From Takakia lepidozioides (Eukaryota > Plantae > Bryophyta), in NCBI GenBank assembly GCA_030704615.1, contig CM060734.1:63364001-63428000 (forward strand): a stretch of DNA of 64,000 bases, in the 5' to 3' direction. This document shows, one piece after another, positions 11,929 through 23,149 of this stretch. Every line of letters starts with the position of its first letter. The stretch's first letter is position 1. The notes beneath the pieces were generated by a model that saw only the letters and a program-made list of their open reading frames with translations, was not told the origin of the DNA and searched no databases. A program made the position numbers and the translations under genes.

Positions 11929-12283
11929 GATAAGAAAGCTTGAAAGGACACACACTCTCAACACAAGAAATATGAAATCCCTCAACATCACTCGTTAAAA
12001 CAGAAGTCGAGCCAGGGGCACCCCAAGCTGTGGGGACTCCACCCCACAACAACCTACACTCCCATCATGAGCACACTCAGTCCTAAACGATGCAGGAGCT
12101 CGGTCGCGCAGGCTCAACTCGAGAGAGATGAGCCACGCGACTGCCACTCTCGTGAAGATAAGGCCGTTCAGGTGTCAAACTAAACTTGACACCTGATTTA
12201 ACACTTGACCTAAATCCAAGTGTTAAATACAAATAACTAGCTTTATTCTAGTTGTTTTCACACTGTGCTTATTTAACTTGACA
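11928..12283 (-). repeat. LTR-like repeat B, 5' copy
   Basis: 355/356 identical to 387-742. Confidence 0.97.
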
Positions 12284-12456
12284 CGTTCAACACTAGAATG
12301 ACCCATTGAATCAACTTGGTTCAAGCTCATATTTGGTCCACATGTGCATAAGTATGTTTAGATCACATATGCAAAGTTGCAACCCACACGAGCAACAAGA
12401 TTTTTTTTTACATAAAGCGATTAATCGGATGTATACAAAGTACATCATGAGAATAT

Positions 12457-14095
12457 CTACAATGCCCCTCTACGCGATCCTTGTCTCAAAGGAACCCTAT
12501 TTCTATCATACATATCCCACTCACGTTGTAATCGGAGGTCCCAATCATCCCGGGAGAACTCGTATGATGCAAATAGTTCACTGCCAGCCCTAATAGTCCT
12601 ACTAGCACATGTCATCACAAACATGGGCATCCCCTCACAGTATACTGACGTATGACCACCAAAGCTCTCATGCCCATTGCTTCGCTCGTCCCATACTACA
12701 TTGGTTCTCCTAGGATGACCAAAAGAACTATTGTCCAGCCCAACAACATTGCCGAAGATGTCGGGGTCACCATCACAAAATCTGATCTCAATGGAAGACA
12801 ACCCCCGTCTACGTACATCCTGTTCGTTGACACACAAAATGTAGGGTAGGATGTATGGGGCTTCGAGGCGTAATGTACGGAACTCCACGGAGGTGTAGTA
12901 TGGACCGTAGTAGGGAAACAAGTCCACCATGCTGTTTCTCCGAGGAGGAACCACAATATCATTGACCGTGAATAAACCCCGACCCATAGCAGGGTCTGTA
13001 GCGGCTCTCACAACATACCGTCCCCCCCAATACTCGAACTCCACATTTTCTCGGATGGGGGTGGGAAGGTCGAGATGATTCCCTCAACAACGAGGCTGGA
13101 CGGTCCTCAGTAACACAGTCCTATGCACTTCCCATCGGGGGCGAGGATCCGGCTCAGGCCGCCTAAGCCGAAGGGGAGGAAACCTAGGGCGAAGCCGACC
13201 CCTCCTAGGAGTTCGGGGGGCACATGCACGTGGAGGTGGAGGTGATACTGCTGGTGGAGGAGATGGAAGTGGAGGTGGTTGAGGATGTAATGTCGGAGGT
13301 GCAGCCGGGGGTACAACGTCCGGATCAGGTACAACCAGAGGTGGATCAGACAAAAAAATAGACGGGGGGGGGCCCTGCTCGTCGCCGGCCATAACGCCTA
13401 CGACACCTACGATACCCCTCGACCCTACGCATCTCATCTACGTGCTGCTGGGGGAACCAACTGGTCACATCGGGCACATGCTCTGGCACAAATTCTGCAA
13501 GTAGACCGGACGCGAAATGCCTCCTGTGCAATGTGATTGCGAGCTTGGGCATCAAGTCGTGGCTGCAACGTGCGTAGTGAACAACGCATCAATACTTATG
13601 TCGTAATTTTGATTCATGTATGCTTACCAATCATACTACATTATTAGATAAACCTAAATGTACCTTAAATGAATGTTAATGAGAGGGGTGGGAAAAACAC
13701 TCACCTTTGCCGCATCCGCAATCTTGTTCTTCTTGTAATGTTTTTTGACAACATGCGGTCACCGCCTCGGTGGTCTGGTGCCGCCCGGCGGTATCCGTTC
13801 CCAACACAGTGCACCAACACTCAATCCTGTCGGGGGGGTCAAAGGTGGACGTGGTTGGACGGGGTGGCCCGCGAGGGGGCAACCCGCGGCGCGCCCGACT
13901 CGATCCCGGAGTGTCAACATTCTCCGCATCACCTGAAATTTGGCCCTGGTCCCTTCTACGATTGTGCCCGGCAGCCTGTATTGGATCAGGTGCAATGGGT
14001 GCCTCCTCGCCACGAAAAATGGTCGCTCTAGGGCCACAATCGATTTGTGGTACTACCTCCCCATCCTCGAGGGAGACGGGTCGATGTTTCCTCAC
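12457..14095 (-). pseudogene. SET-domain protein gene with Pro-rich linker (spliced, disrupted)
   Basis: GRGLFT-x-NDI, PYYG, GNVVGLDNSS...TNV, ASRTIRAGSELFASY in 12457-13044. In frame with the Pro-rich ORF 13084-13437 across one TGA. Donor AAAG|GTGAG near 13704. Confidence 0.75.
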
Positions 14096-15159
14096 TATCC
14101 CATCCTAATTAACACACACCACCAACACTTTCATTTGGGTTTCTTAGTTTTTATTTTATTTATTTATTTTTTCATATGGTACTGGGTTAGGGTGTTTGCT
14201 TTTCTTTATGGTGCTGGGTTTTGGATTGGCCATTTTGGTTGTGGGTCTTGGGGTTAAAAGGATAAACGGTGTAATTAGGATTCACATACCCAAAATGTGG
14301 TTCAATCTGATAATCGCAAAGCGCTGGGTCTCAACAAATTTTTCCATAGTGTGAGCATCCTGAAGATAGAACGAGAACAAGGATTTATTGTCTTGGGCTC
14401 TAGCACCATAGGGATGCTCCGCCTTTGGTTACCAATTTTGAAAGCCCCGAGGCTGAGGCATAGGGTTTTTTTTGCTCTAAACCCTAAATCCAGAAAGGCC
14501 GGCCGTCGCCTCCTGCGACACCCTGGCGTCGCATTGGACGACGAGTTTTATTTTTTATTTTTTAACTGGGGGTCGCACCCCGCGACGAACAGCCGTCGCG
14601 GGGGGCGATGTGTTTTTTTATTTATGGGGCCGGGGGTCGCAAGAAACGACGGCCAGCCGTCGCAATCTTCATTTTTACATTTCAAAAAAGGGCGGGCGTA
14701 GGCGTGCGACGGCCAACGTCGCACATGGACGCTGCGCCTTTTTTTTTCCCCTAAGTGCTTCAAGCATCTCTTTCCCCTCCCGCTTTTGTTTGTTCTTTGG
14801 GAGAGAGGTAGTTCAGAGAGTGGGGTTTAGTGTGGAGGAGAAACGCACCTGCTGCTGAGCCCGAGGTGGTCGCAAGGCCCCAAGGAGTTTGCCCCAACAC
14901 CGCTCCAACGCCCAAGGTAAGCACCGCCTCCTCCCTCACTTTCTGTCTTTCTTTCTTGCCCTAAGCACGGGCTGATGTCTCTCTCCCCTGTGTGGTAGGA
15001 ATGCCACGCAGAGGCGCGACCTATCGAGCTGAAGAGAGAGAGAGCTATGGTGAGCGGGGGAGAGACGCCTTGCAGCGGCGGGGACCCGCGCCGCTGGTAG
15101 CCGCGACAGCACCGCAGCAGCTCGCTTCAAGCACCAGCAGCAGCAGAGGTACGTCAGGG

Positions 15160-15590
15160 AAATTGCACTCTCCCTTTCCTCTCTACTTCTGTTTACTGTT
15201 CAAAGGTAGTCTTCATGCCTTGACTTTAAATTTAGGTCTGGTGCCAAGAGTGGGATAGACCCTTGAGCACATCCATGATGTCCTCCCCCATGTCACAGAC
15301 TGGAAACAGGTTCAGGGAAGTTTTCTTCCTAACTTCATTTTCATCGGACAATTTTCTGGTAACAGACATGGCTTTGGACACTACACTCTCTAAGTCAGGT
15401 TTATCCAGCAAGGTCAAGACTTGCGGGTCCAGATTCAGATCCTTGAGAATCTCTTTTACTCTCTTCTCCCAGGGCTCACCCTGTTTGACATGGCGGTCAT
15501 GTTTCCAAGATATAGAATCGATTAACTTAGGATATCTGGTGTTGGACATATGTTGCAGCTGAACCCACCATCTGACCTTGAATTTAGGGT
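15160..15590 (-). mobile_element. LINE ORF2 C-terminal fragment
   Basis: Homologous to 18620-19400 and 38965-39665. Confidence 0.7.
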
Positions 15591-15599
15591 GTCGGGAGC

Positions 15600-17700
15600 T
15601 TAAAAGAGAGCAGCACAGAAGAGAGGGAAGATATTTTTTGTCATGTCAAGACAAAGACAGGACCCCTAGGATCGTTGTCATGAAAGAATAATCAGACATA
15701 TCAGCCACTTAAGAGTGGCACCATCCATCAATCACCAAGCTTAGAAAATCCAAAATTACATCCATGCACAGTAACGTGTTCATGTCAGTATTATTCATAA
15801 CCCAAACAGTATGCCACTGATGTTGATTGACCACCAGTCATGATCATGATACACATTCAGAGGTATGGGTGGGGTGGCGGGTACTTGGCCATATTTTGGC
15901 CTTGATGTGGTGCAGGTCAAATAATCATACAAATTTATTGTCTGCAAGCTGTAATCCAAGCATGCTTACTAAAACCCCATGGGTGTCATGGAGGGTTTTC
16001 TCAAAAAAGAAAGGAACACCTGGATATCACAGATTTAAATACCTTGCCTTGCCAATATTTGTTTAGACTGGTCTGCAGCACAGCTTGCCCCCACAGGGGA
16101 GGTGGATATGTCTGGTAAGTTTTCCAGACTACCCCTATACCTTTATTTCTTGCTATAGCTGAAAATCAAAGTTCATGACACAACAAGGTAAATATAAAGG
16201 ACTGCACACATATCCTGTGACAGTATATGATACTGTCAGTACACCCTTCACATCATTCCACATTTGACCATGTCATTACACCATGTCCAGGGGGTATTTC
16301 CACTTGACCATCCTGGCTGCCTCAAAAACCAGTTACCATTTATATTACTGCCATATTTCAGTGTCAGCCGAATAGCCGCAGGCAGCAACTTCACCATCAT
16401 AAACCAGGCTGTCACCACATAACAGAGGTTTTCCACTGGCTGGGCCGAAATAGCCCATCGTAGAAAGCATTACACTTGTTCTTGAAAAATCAAGGAAGGA
16501 AAGAGGTAGGATCAAGAAAAACCATAGAGTAGTTTAGTTTTTCAGCATTTTAAGATGAGTCCCTGGCAAGCGATTCCTTCCCCGGCTCTGCAATCCCACT
16601 TGGCATCCAGCAGCACCTAGACATCAGAATATTATGTGGAAGCCCTCACCTGTGCCCGTCCCAAAAACAACCACAACGCATTGTGAGTTAGTGAGGATGC
16701 ACGAGGTGAGTAGCAGGCTTCCACACTTGCTATCGAGGTCAAATCCACTTCAATCTAAGCGCAGAGAATGCCAAAGCAAGCAAGGAAGCAAAACCAGCAG
16801 AAAAAAAACCTTTTTTTACTGTTTGGGGGAGAGTCGTCATCTCTCCACAAGCCTAACCATGCAGGGAGGACTCCGCCAACACCACAACACTGCTACCTTA
16901 ACCAAAGCAAGGTCTTGCCAAGCACAAGAAAAAAAGAGCTTGGTCTCAAAAGGTAGGGTTTATAAAGGGAGGGAGAGAGACTTCCTTGTGCCGCCATTCA
17001 TCAAAGATCCAAAGGAGGGCTCCTAGGGAAACGTCATAGGCATGCAGGTGGTACCTCCACCATCACTGCCGTGGTTCCCTTGTGCAGCAAAAAAATAAAC
17101 AATTGAGACAGGGAATCTTCTCCCATCTCTAAGCCACCGCCATCGCATTAAAGAGCCCGCCCAGGCGTCGATCACAGGAGCCATAAACACTCAAGGATTG
17201 GCAGCTCAAGGTATCTGCAGCACGAGCACCATCGCTCCTCACAAGCCGCCATTGCGCGCGCTCTCGCAGCGCAAAAAGAAAGACATTAGGGTTGCGCAAG
17301 GTTTTCCCCTGTCTGGCCCATCATTCATCCTTCTCAGGATGAAAAACATCCGCCAGTCTGTCCGCCCGACGGACGTTGTCTGTTTCTCATCCGTGGAAGA
17401 TGGAAGACATCGTGCTTTCATCCTGTCTTGCACTCAACGGATGTAGTCCGTATTTCATCTAGGTTAGATGAAAAAACATGGGGGGGTTTTTTTTACTTGT
17501 CTTGCCTGTATTTAGGTCCCGTCAGATGAAGTCCTTTTTTCATCCAGGTTGGATTGAAAAAGTAGAAACTGACGGGAGTTTTGCAACTCATAGGTTTTTT
17601 AGTGAAAATATTTCACTAGGATTTTATTTTTTTAAATTTATTTTGGATAAAAAAAAACATCCAAAATTCCCTGCAACCCAATTTTGCAATTTTTTTCAAT
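15600..17700 (-). repeat. Repeat module, copy 1 (inverted, diverged)
   Basis: 16640-16760 is the reverse complement of 20420-20540 and 24135-24255; TCATCC/GGATGA sites at 17320-17560. Confidence 0.6.
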
Positions 17701-17879
17701 TTCCTAAAAAATGGAAGTCGGGACAACAATTCCATAAGCCCAGTGTCCAGAGGGAGAGAGAGGGAGAGAGAGGGAGAGAGAGGGAGACATCAGGGGGCAA
17801 CAAAGAAATGAAAAAAAGGTGGGGGGGGGAGTGACTGAGCAGCTGCTGCTGCTCAGTCACTCCGCCCCCCCACATTCTC

Positions 17880-19400
17880 TGTTTTTCTTTGTTGCCCCCT
17901 CTCTTGGGGAAACGAAAGGGACAGATCCTACCTCTGTCAGGGGTTGACGTTGGTAGTAAGACTTACCTTCACATATAGAATTAATCCGGGTTTTCCAGAT
18001 ATCCTCTACAAATCCCTTCACACAAGCATCAATTTGTTGTGTGTGAGATGCCCAAAAACTAGGCCTCAGAAGAGGCCAGGCTTTTGGCTCAGCCTCGACT
18101 TTTTTGAAGTTAGTAAACAGAGGTACATGCACAATTCCCTTGATAGATTTGAAGAGAGCATCTCTTTGGTGAGAGAACCCCGGACAGTGTATCAGAAAAT
18201 GAATAATGTCTTCAGGTTGTCCACAGACATGGTTGGACACTACAGCCTCTAAGTCAGATTTATCCAGCAGGGTGAAGACTTGCAGTTCTAGGTCCAGGTC
18301 CTTGAGAATCTCTTTTACTGTCTTATACCAAAACTTAGCCTGTTTGACAGGTCGGTGGGCGGTCCTGTTTCCAAGATATAGAGTCGATTAACTTAAGATA
18401 TCTGGTGTTGGACATATGTTGCAGCTGAACCCACCATCTGACCTTGAATTTATCTCGTCAGGAGCTTAAAAGAGAGCACCACAGAAGAGAGGGAGAGAGA
18501 GGGACAGAGAGAGGGAGTGAGAGGGAGACATCAGGGGGCAACAAAGAAAAGAAAAGAAGGTGGGGGGGGGAGTGACTGAGTAGTTGCTGCTGCTCAGTCA
18601 CTCCCCCCCCCCCCCCCACATTCTCTGTTTTTCTTTGTTGCCCCCTCTCTTGGGGAAACAAAAGGGACAGATCCTACCTCTGTCAGGGGCTGACGTTGGT
18701 AGTAAGATTTACCTTCACATATAGAATTAATCTGGGTTTTCCAGATATCCTCTATAAATCCCTTCATACAAGCATCAATCTGCTGTGTGTGAGATGCCCA
18801 AAAACTAGGCCTCAAAATGGCCTGGGCTTTTGGCTCAGCCTCGACTTTTTCAAAGTTAGTAAACAGAGGTACATGCACAATTCCCTTGATAGATTTGAAG
18901 AGAGCGTCTCTTTGGTGAGAGAACCCCGGACAGTGTATCAGAAAATGAGTACTGTCTTCAGATTGCCCACACAACGGGCAATTGCACTCTCCCTTTCCTC
19001 TCTGCTTCTGTTGGCAGTTCAAAGATAGGCTTCCTGCCCTGAGTTTAAATTTCAGTCTAGTGCCGAGAGTGGGTAGACCCTTGAGGTCATCCAAGATGTC
19101 CTCCCCCATGTCACTGACTGGAAACAAGTTCAGGGAAGTTTTTTGCCTAACTTCATTTTCATCAGACAGTCTCATGCCAATAGACATGGTTGGACACTAC
19201 AGCCTCTAAGTCAGATTTATCCAGCAGGGTGAAGACTTGCGGTTCCAGGTCCAGGTCCTTGAGAATCTCTTCTACTGTCTTCTGCCAGGACTTAGCCTGT
19301 TTGACAGGTCGGTGGGCGGTTTTGTTTCCAAGATACAGAGTCGATTAACTTAGGATATCTGGTGTTGGACATATGCTGCAGCTGACCCCACCATCTGACC
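17880..19400 (-). mobile_element. Two tandem LINE ORF2 C-terminal fragments separated by a hairpin
   Basis: FKLRAG...ECNCPLCGQSEDSTHFLIHCPGF: a CCHC zinc finger typical of non-LTR ORF2 ends. Confidence 0.8.
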
Positions 19401-21960
19401 TCCCCCCCCCCAACCCATTTTTTTTCATTGTTTCCCCCTGTCTCCCTTTGTCTCCCTCCTCGGAACTGGCCGGTTGCATCAGTGTTCTTTTCATGATCTT
19501 CCATCTATACCAGATGGACTCTAAAAGGTGTTTTCACCCGACTTGTAAAGGTTTTCTATCCACACTAAAGTACCTTTAAGAATGACCTATAATTTTTCAT
19601 TCCTCTTTTATTGACTTTTATCTATATCAGATAAGTCACCAGAGAATGAAGAATTACCTCCATAAGGGTTATGACACTGGCATCCTATCTATAATTTTTC
19701 CATCCATGCCGGATGAAAAATACCAGGATTTGAATTCAGTTTATTCCCCTTTTATGCTTTTTCTCCATACTGGATGAGGCTTTCTCTTAAGGGATGATGA
19801 ATTACCTGTTAGGATGAAAAACCGCTGCCCTGGATGATGGATACTACTTTTTCATCCTGCTGATGGACCTCATCCAAGCAAATGAGCCTATTTATTTTTT
19901 TCATCTGGACCGGATGAAAAAAGCAGCTTATGATGGAGATTTTTTTAATTACCCTTAATTACTGCTAATTAAGGAGTGAAACCCTAACTCCTACCCTATA
20001 ATCTACTGTTTAAACCTAGCTAACGGATGACATCCGTCGGGTTCTTAAGAGAAAGGGTATTGATTATTCATCCTCCGGATGAAAAATCGGGCTCTGCCCT
20101 AGGGTGTCTCTCCCGCTGTCAGCTGCATTCCTCGTGCTGCTGAGCTCGCGAGTTATGGCGTCTGAGCTCTGCTGCTACCCTGTTTGTTGCTTCATGCTGG
20201 ACAAACTCCTGGGGACGCGCAATGGCGGCGTCTTGTCTCTTCTCACAGGCGGGAGAACCCGCTGTGATGGCATCGTCCCTTTCCCTCCTCTGGCTTTTAT
20301 GTTTCGCAGCGGCGCTTTGGTGGGGAAGTATATCGCTCCCTCTCCCTTCCCCAATCGCTCAAGGTGTTTTTGGTGATTAGGGTTCCCTTTTACTTCACGT
20401 CTTTTTCTCTTGTTTTTGAGGTTCTTAGTTGACATCGATGACAAGTGTAGGGGTCTGTGATTCAATTGGGGTTCCACAATCCTCACTAACCCATTGGTTT
20501 TTGTGGGGGCTTGTGATGGGACCAAGTGCGGATCCCTACCTACTTTGAATTCTCTTGAGCTTGCAGATAAAGATGTGTGCAAAAGGAACATATTGTTGCT
20601 GCCTGCAGCCCCGATTTCGGCCCGCTTGCTCCCGGTTTGACATGATGATGCTTGCTTTTGACTTATCTTTTGCTGCTGTTGATGGAGCACTTTGGCCTAG
20701 CAGCCTTGTCTCATGCAACACTGAATCCTACCTTGTCTTGAATCTTTGACAGCTTTGCCTGTGGATTTTTAGACTAGGTTTCCTTTTTTTTTTGGCCTTA
20801 AAAGAGGATTGATGGTGTAAGGGACAAGTCATAAGTGGCTGTTTGGCTCTAAGGATGAGGAGACCTGAGTTTTGTTGAAAAAGACAGCCTGATAAGGCAG
20901 TGACAGGCCGTTTTCAGACCTGGATTTGTTGTGGAATGGAGCATAGTGAGGTTCTATTTGCAAAACATGGCATTAGCCTCCTGTGAAACAGTGACGGTAA
21001 GCTCGAAAGGACTCTGGCCAATGATTATTTACTTTATTTTCCCATATGAACAGCCACCTGCATTGTATGATTTATCTTGGCCAAGTGGGCTTGGTCTTGG
21101 GCACTCAAAGTGTATGTGTGTCCAGATCTGGATGCTGTGACAGGGCATGCCTTTCTTCCATGCCAAAACGCCTTACATGATGTATATCTTGGGGCAAGTG
21201 TACATGATGTAGAATGAAGTCGCAGTCAGTCTTGTCATGCCCAAAGTGATCACTTGGTTGCATGTTTGAAGTCTGATTTACTGCAGGCTGGGCCAGCAAG
21301 AGTCCTATGTGCACAGGTCCTGAATATATACAATGACAGACTGTTCTTACATACCCAGAAGGCCTTGCACGATGCATGCTTTGAGGTGCTTACATTTGGC
21401 CAAATGTGAAGCGGCAATATGGCTTATCATGCCCAAGAAGTGTACTTGGTGGCAGGCTAGAAGTGTAATTAATTGCAGGCTGGTCCTTCCTGCTGCCGGT
21501 GTGAACACTCACTGAATGTGTTGTAGGGCAGACTGTTCTTACCTACCTTGCATAATGCTTGTCTTGGATCACCTCAAGGTACTTGTGTATACATATCTTG
21601 GATCTGTAATGTGGCAAGAAGTTCTTATATGCCCATGATATCTTGCATGGTGCATATCTTTTGGATAACTATGGATGTTATAATCTGAGGCTGCAATCTG
21701 ACTTATATTGTGCAAGAGGGTCACTTGGGTACATGACAGGAATCTGATTATGAACATACCCCGCCCTCCCACCCTGTTTTATCATGACTGAATGGGTGGC
21801 ATCACTTGGTGTGTTATGACAAGACTGGAAATGTTAGATGGTGCCCTGTCATGGGCTGTTTATGTCTTTAATTGACAAATGACCCTAGTTGGTCTTGTCC
21901 ATGTATTGACATGACATGAATATCTTCCCTCTCTCTTATTAACTTTTTCTAACCCCTCTT
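19400..21960 (+). repeat. Repeat module, copy 2
   Basis: Palindromic-site array 19480-20090, AAACCCTAA, GC-rich block; homologous to 23150-24728 plus 38347-38960. Confidence 0.65.
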
Positions 21961-23149
21961 TCCCTCTGTGGTTTTTTTTTTTTTGTGAGCAGCACGAAAG
22001 AGAGGAGAGAGAGAGAAGATATACATGTCATGTCAAGACATGGACAAGACCGCTAAGGTCATTGTCATTGAAAGACAAAACAGCCCATTACAGGGCACCA
22101 TCTAACATTCTCTTTCATGTTTACAATCTCATTTGAATACCCCATTACATTTCAGGGTCTCTGAAAAAACAGGGCGGGAGGGTGGGATTCCAGGTCATTC
22201 ATATCATGAAAGCACCATAGTATACATCATCATCTCAAAAATCCATTTCAAACTCCTTTCAAAAACCAGATTGCAGGTTTGGTTTGAAGATGATGTTTTA
22301 GAACCAAGATATAAGCAAGATTCTTAAAAAGGAAGAAGAAACAAAAGGGTAGAGCCCCCTTAAGCAGGTATAGGCCTAGAATGGTATTTTAAGGCCTCAT
22401 AAAATAGTTCTGCCAAGGTAAAAGAGCAGCTCAGAAACCCCTGTTTGTTATCAAGCCATGAAACCAAAATGATATGAGGGCCTTGAAGAATGTGTGTTAT
22501 CTATCAAAGCCTATCCTTTTGATCCATCAGAGTCATACCAAGAAGTCTCATTTCAGAGCCAAGTATCAAGGCAGTCAGAGTAATAACTGCTATTTTGTAT
22601 CCTTGTATCCTTCATAGCTTAACTCCTACACATGCAAATGTGGTTGTAAAAAACCAGAAACAAGGGTAAGGAGAGAAGCAGATCCTCATTGGAGCCATCT
22701 TGGAGCAGGTCTGAAGCGGCATGGTGGCAGTTTGAAACAACAGATGGTATCAGCAGCATAGGCAGCAGCAGAATCCACATTTGCAAGAACAGGAGCTGCA
22801 AGCTTCAAGAAATTGATGGTAGTTTTATTATTCTCTTGGATTTTATAATAGGTAACCATTATTTATGTAGATCATCCAGTTTAGATGAAAGAAATAGATG
22901 GTAAATCCAGCTTTCTGTATATTAAGTTTCATCACCCTATAATAAAATCATCCAGATTTGGATGAAAAAGGCTGGGATGAAAAACTAAATAACCTCAAAA
23001 GGTTAAGGCCAGATGCAATCCAAAGAGTTATGGAGGGAGAGGGAGAGAGGGAGAGAGAGGGAGAGATCAGGAAACAAAAAGAAAAAGAGGAAGGTGGGGG
23101 GGGGGAGTGACTGAGTAGCAACTGCTCAGTCACTCCCCCCCCCCCACCT

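Larger units (their letters stand above)
301..12283 (-). mobile_element. Ty3/Gypsy-type retrotransposon carrying a C5 DNA methyltransferase and a PHD finger, with permuted (split) terminal repeats
   Basis: Ends TGTC(301)...GACA(12283), flanked by CGTT at 297-300 and 12284-12287. Domain order on the minus strand: gag-PR-MTase-RT-RH-IN-PHD. Repeats B (387-742 = 11928-12283) and A (301-386 = 745-830). Confidence 0.93.

Noticed and set aside
387-12283. Conventional element bounded by the two B repeats only
   Set aside because: No TSD at those ends (CACAA vs CGTTC), and the PPT abuts A rather than B.
301-12283. DIRS/Ngaro classification based on split repeats
   Set aside because: Encodes a protease and a DDE integrase, has a TSD, and no tyrosine recombinase motifs were seen.
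12291-12310. CACTAG as the left CACTA end
   Set aside because: No match to CACTACAGGAAAAGGGG; flank CAA differs from ACA.
20642-20724. Box C/D snoRNA (ATGATGA...CTGA)
   Set aside because: Boxes are not conserved in the paralogous module and there is no clear terminal stem.
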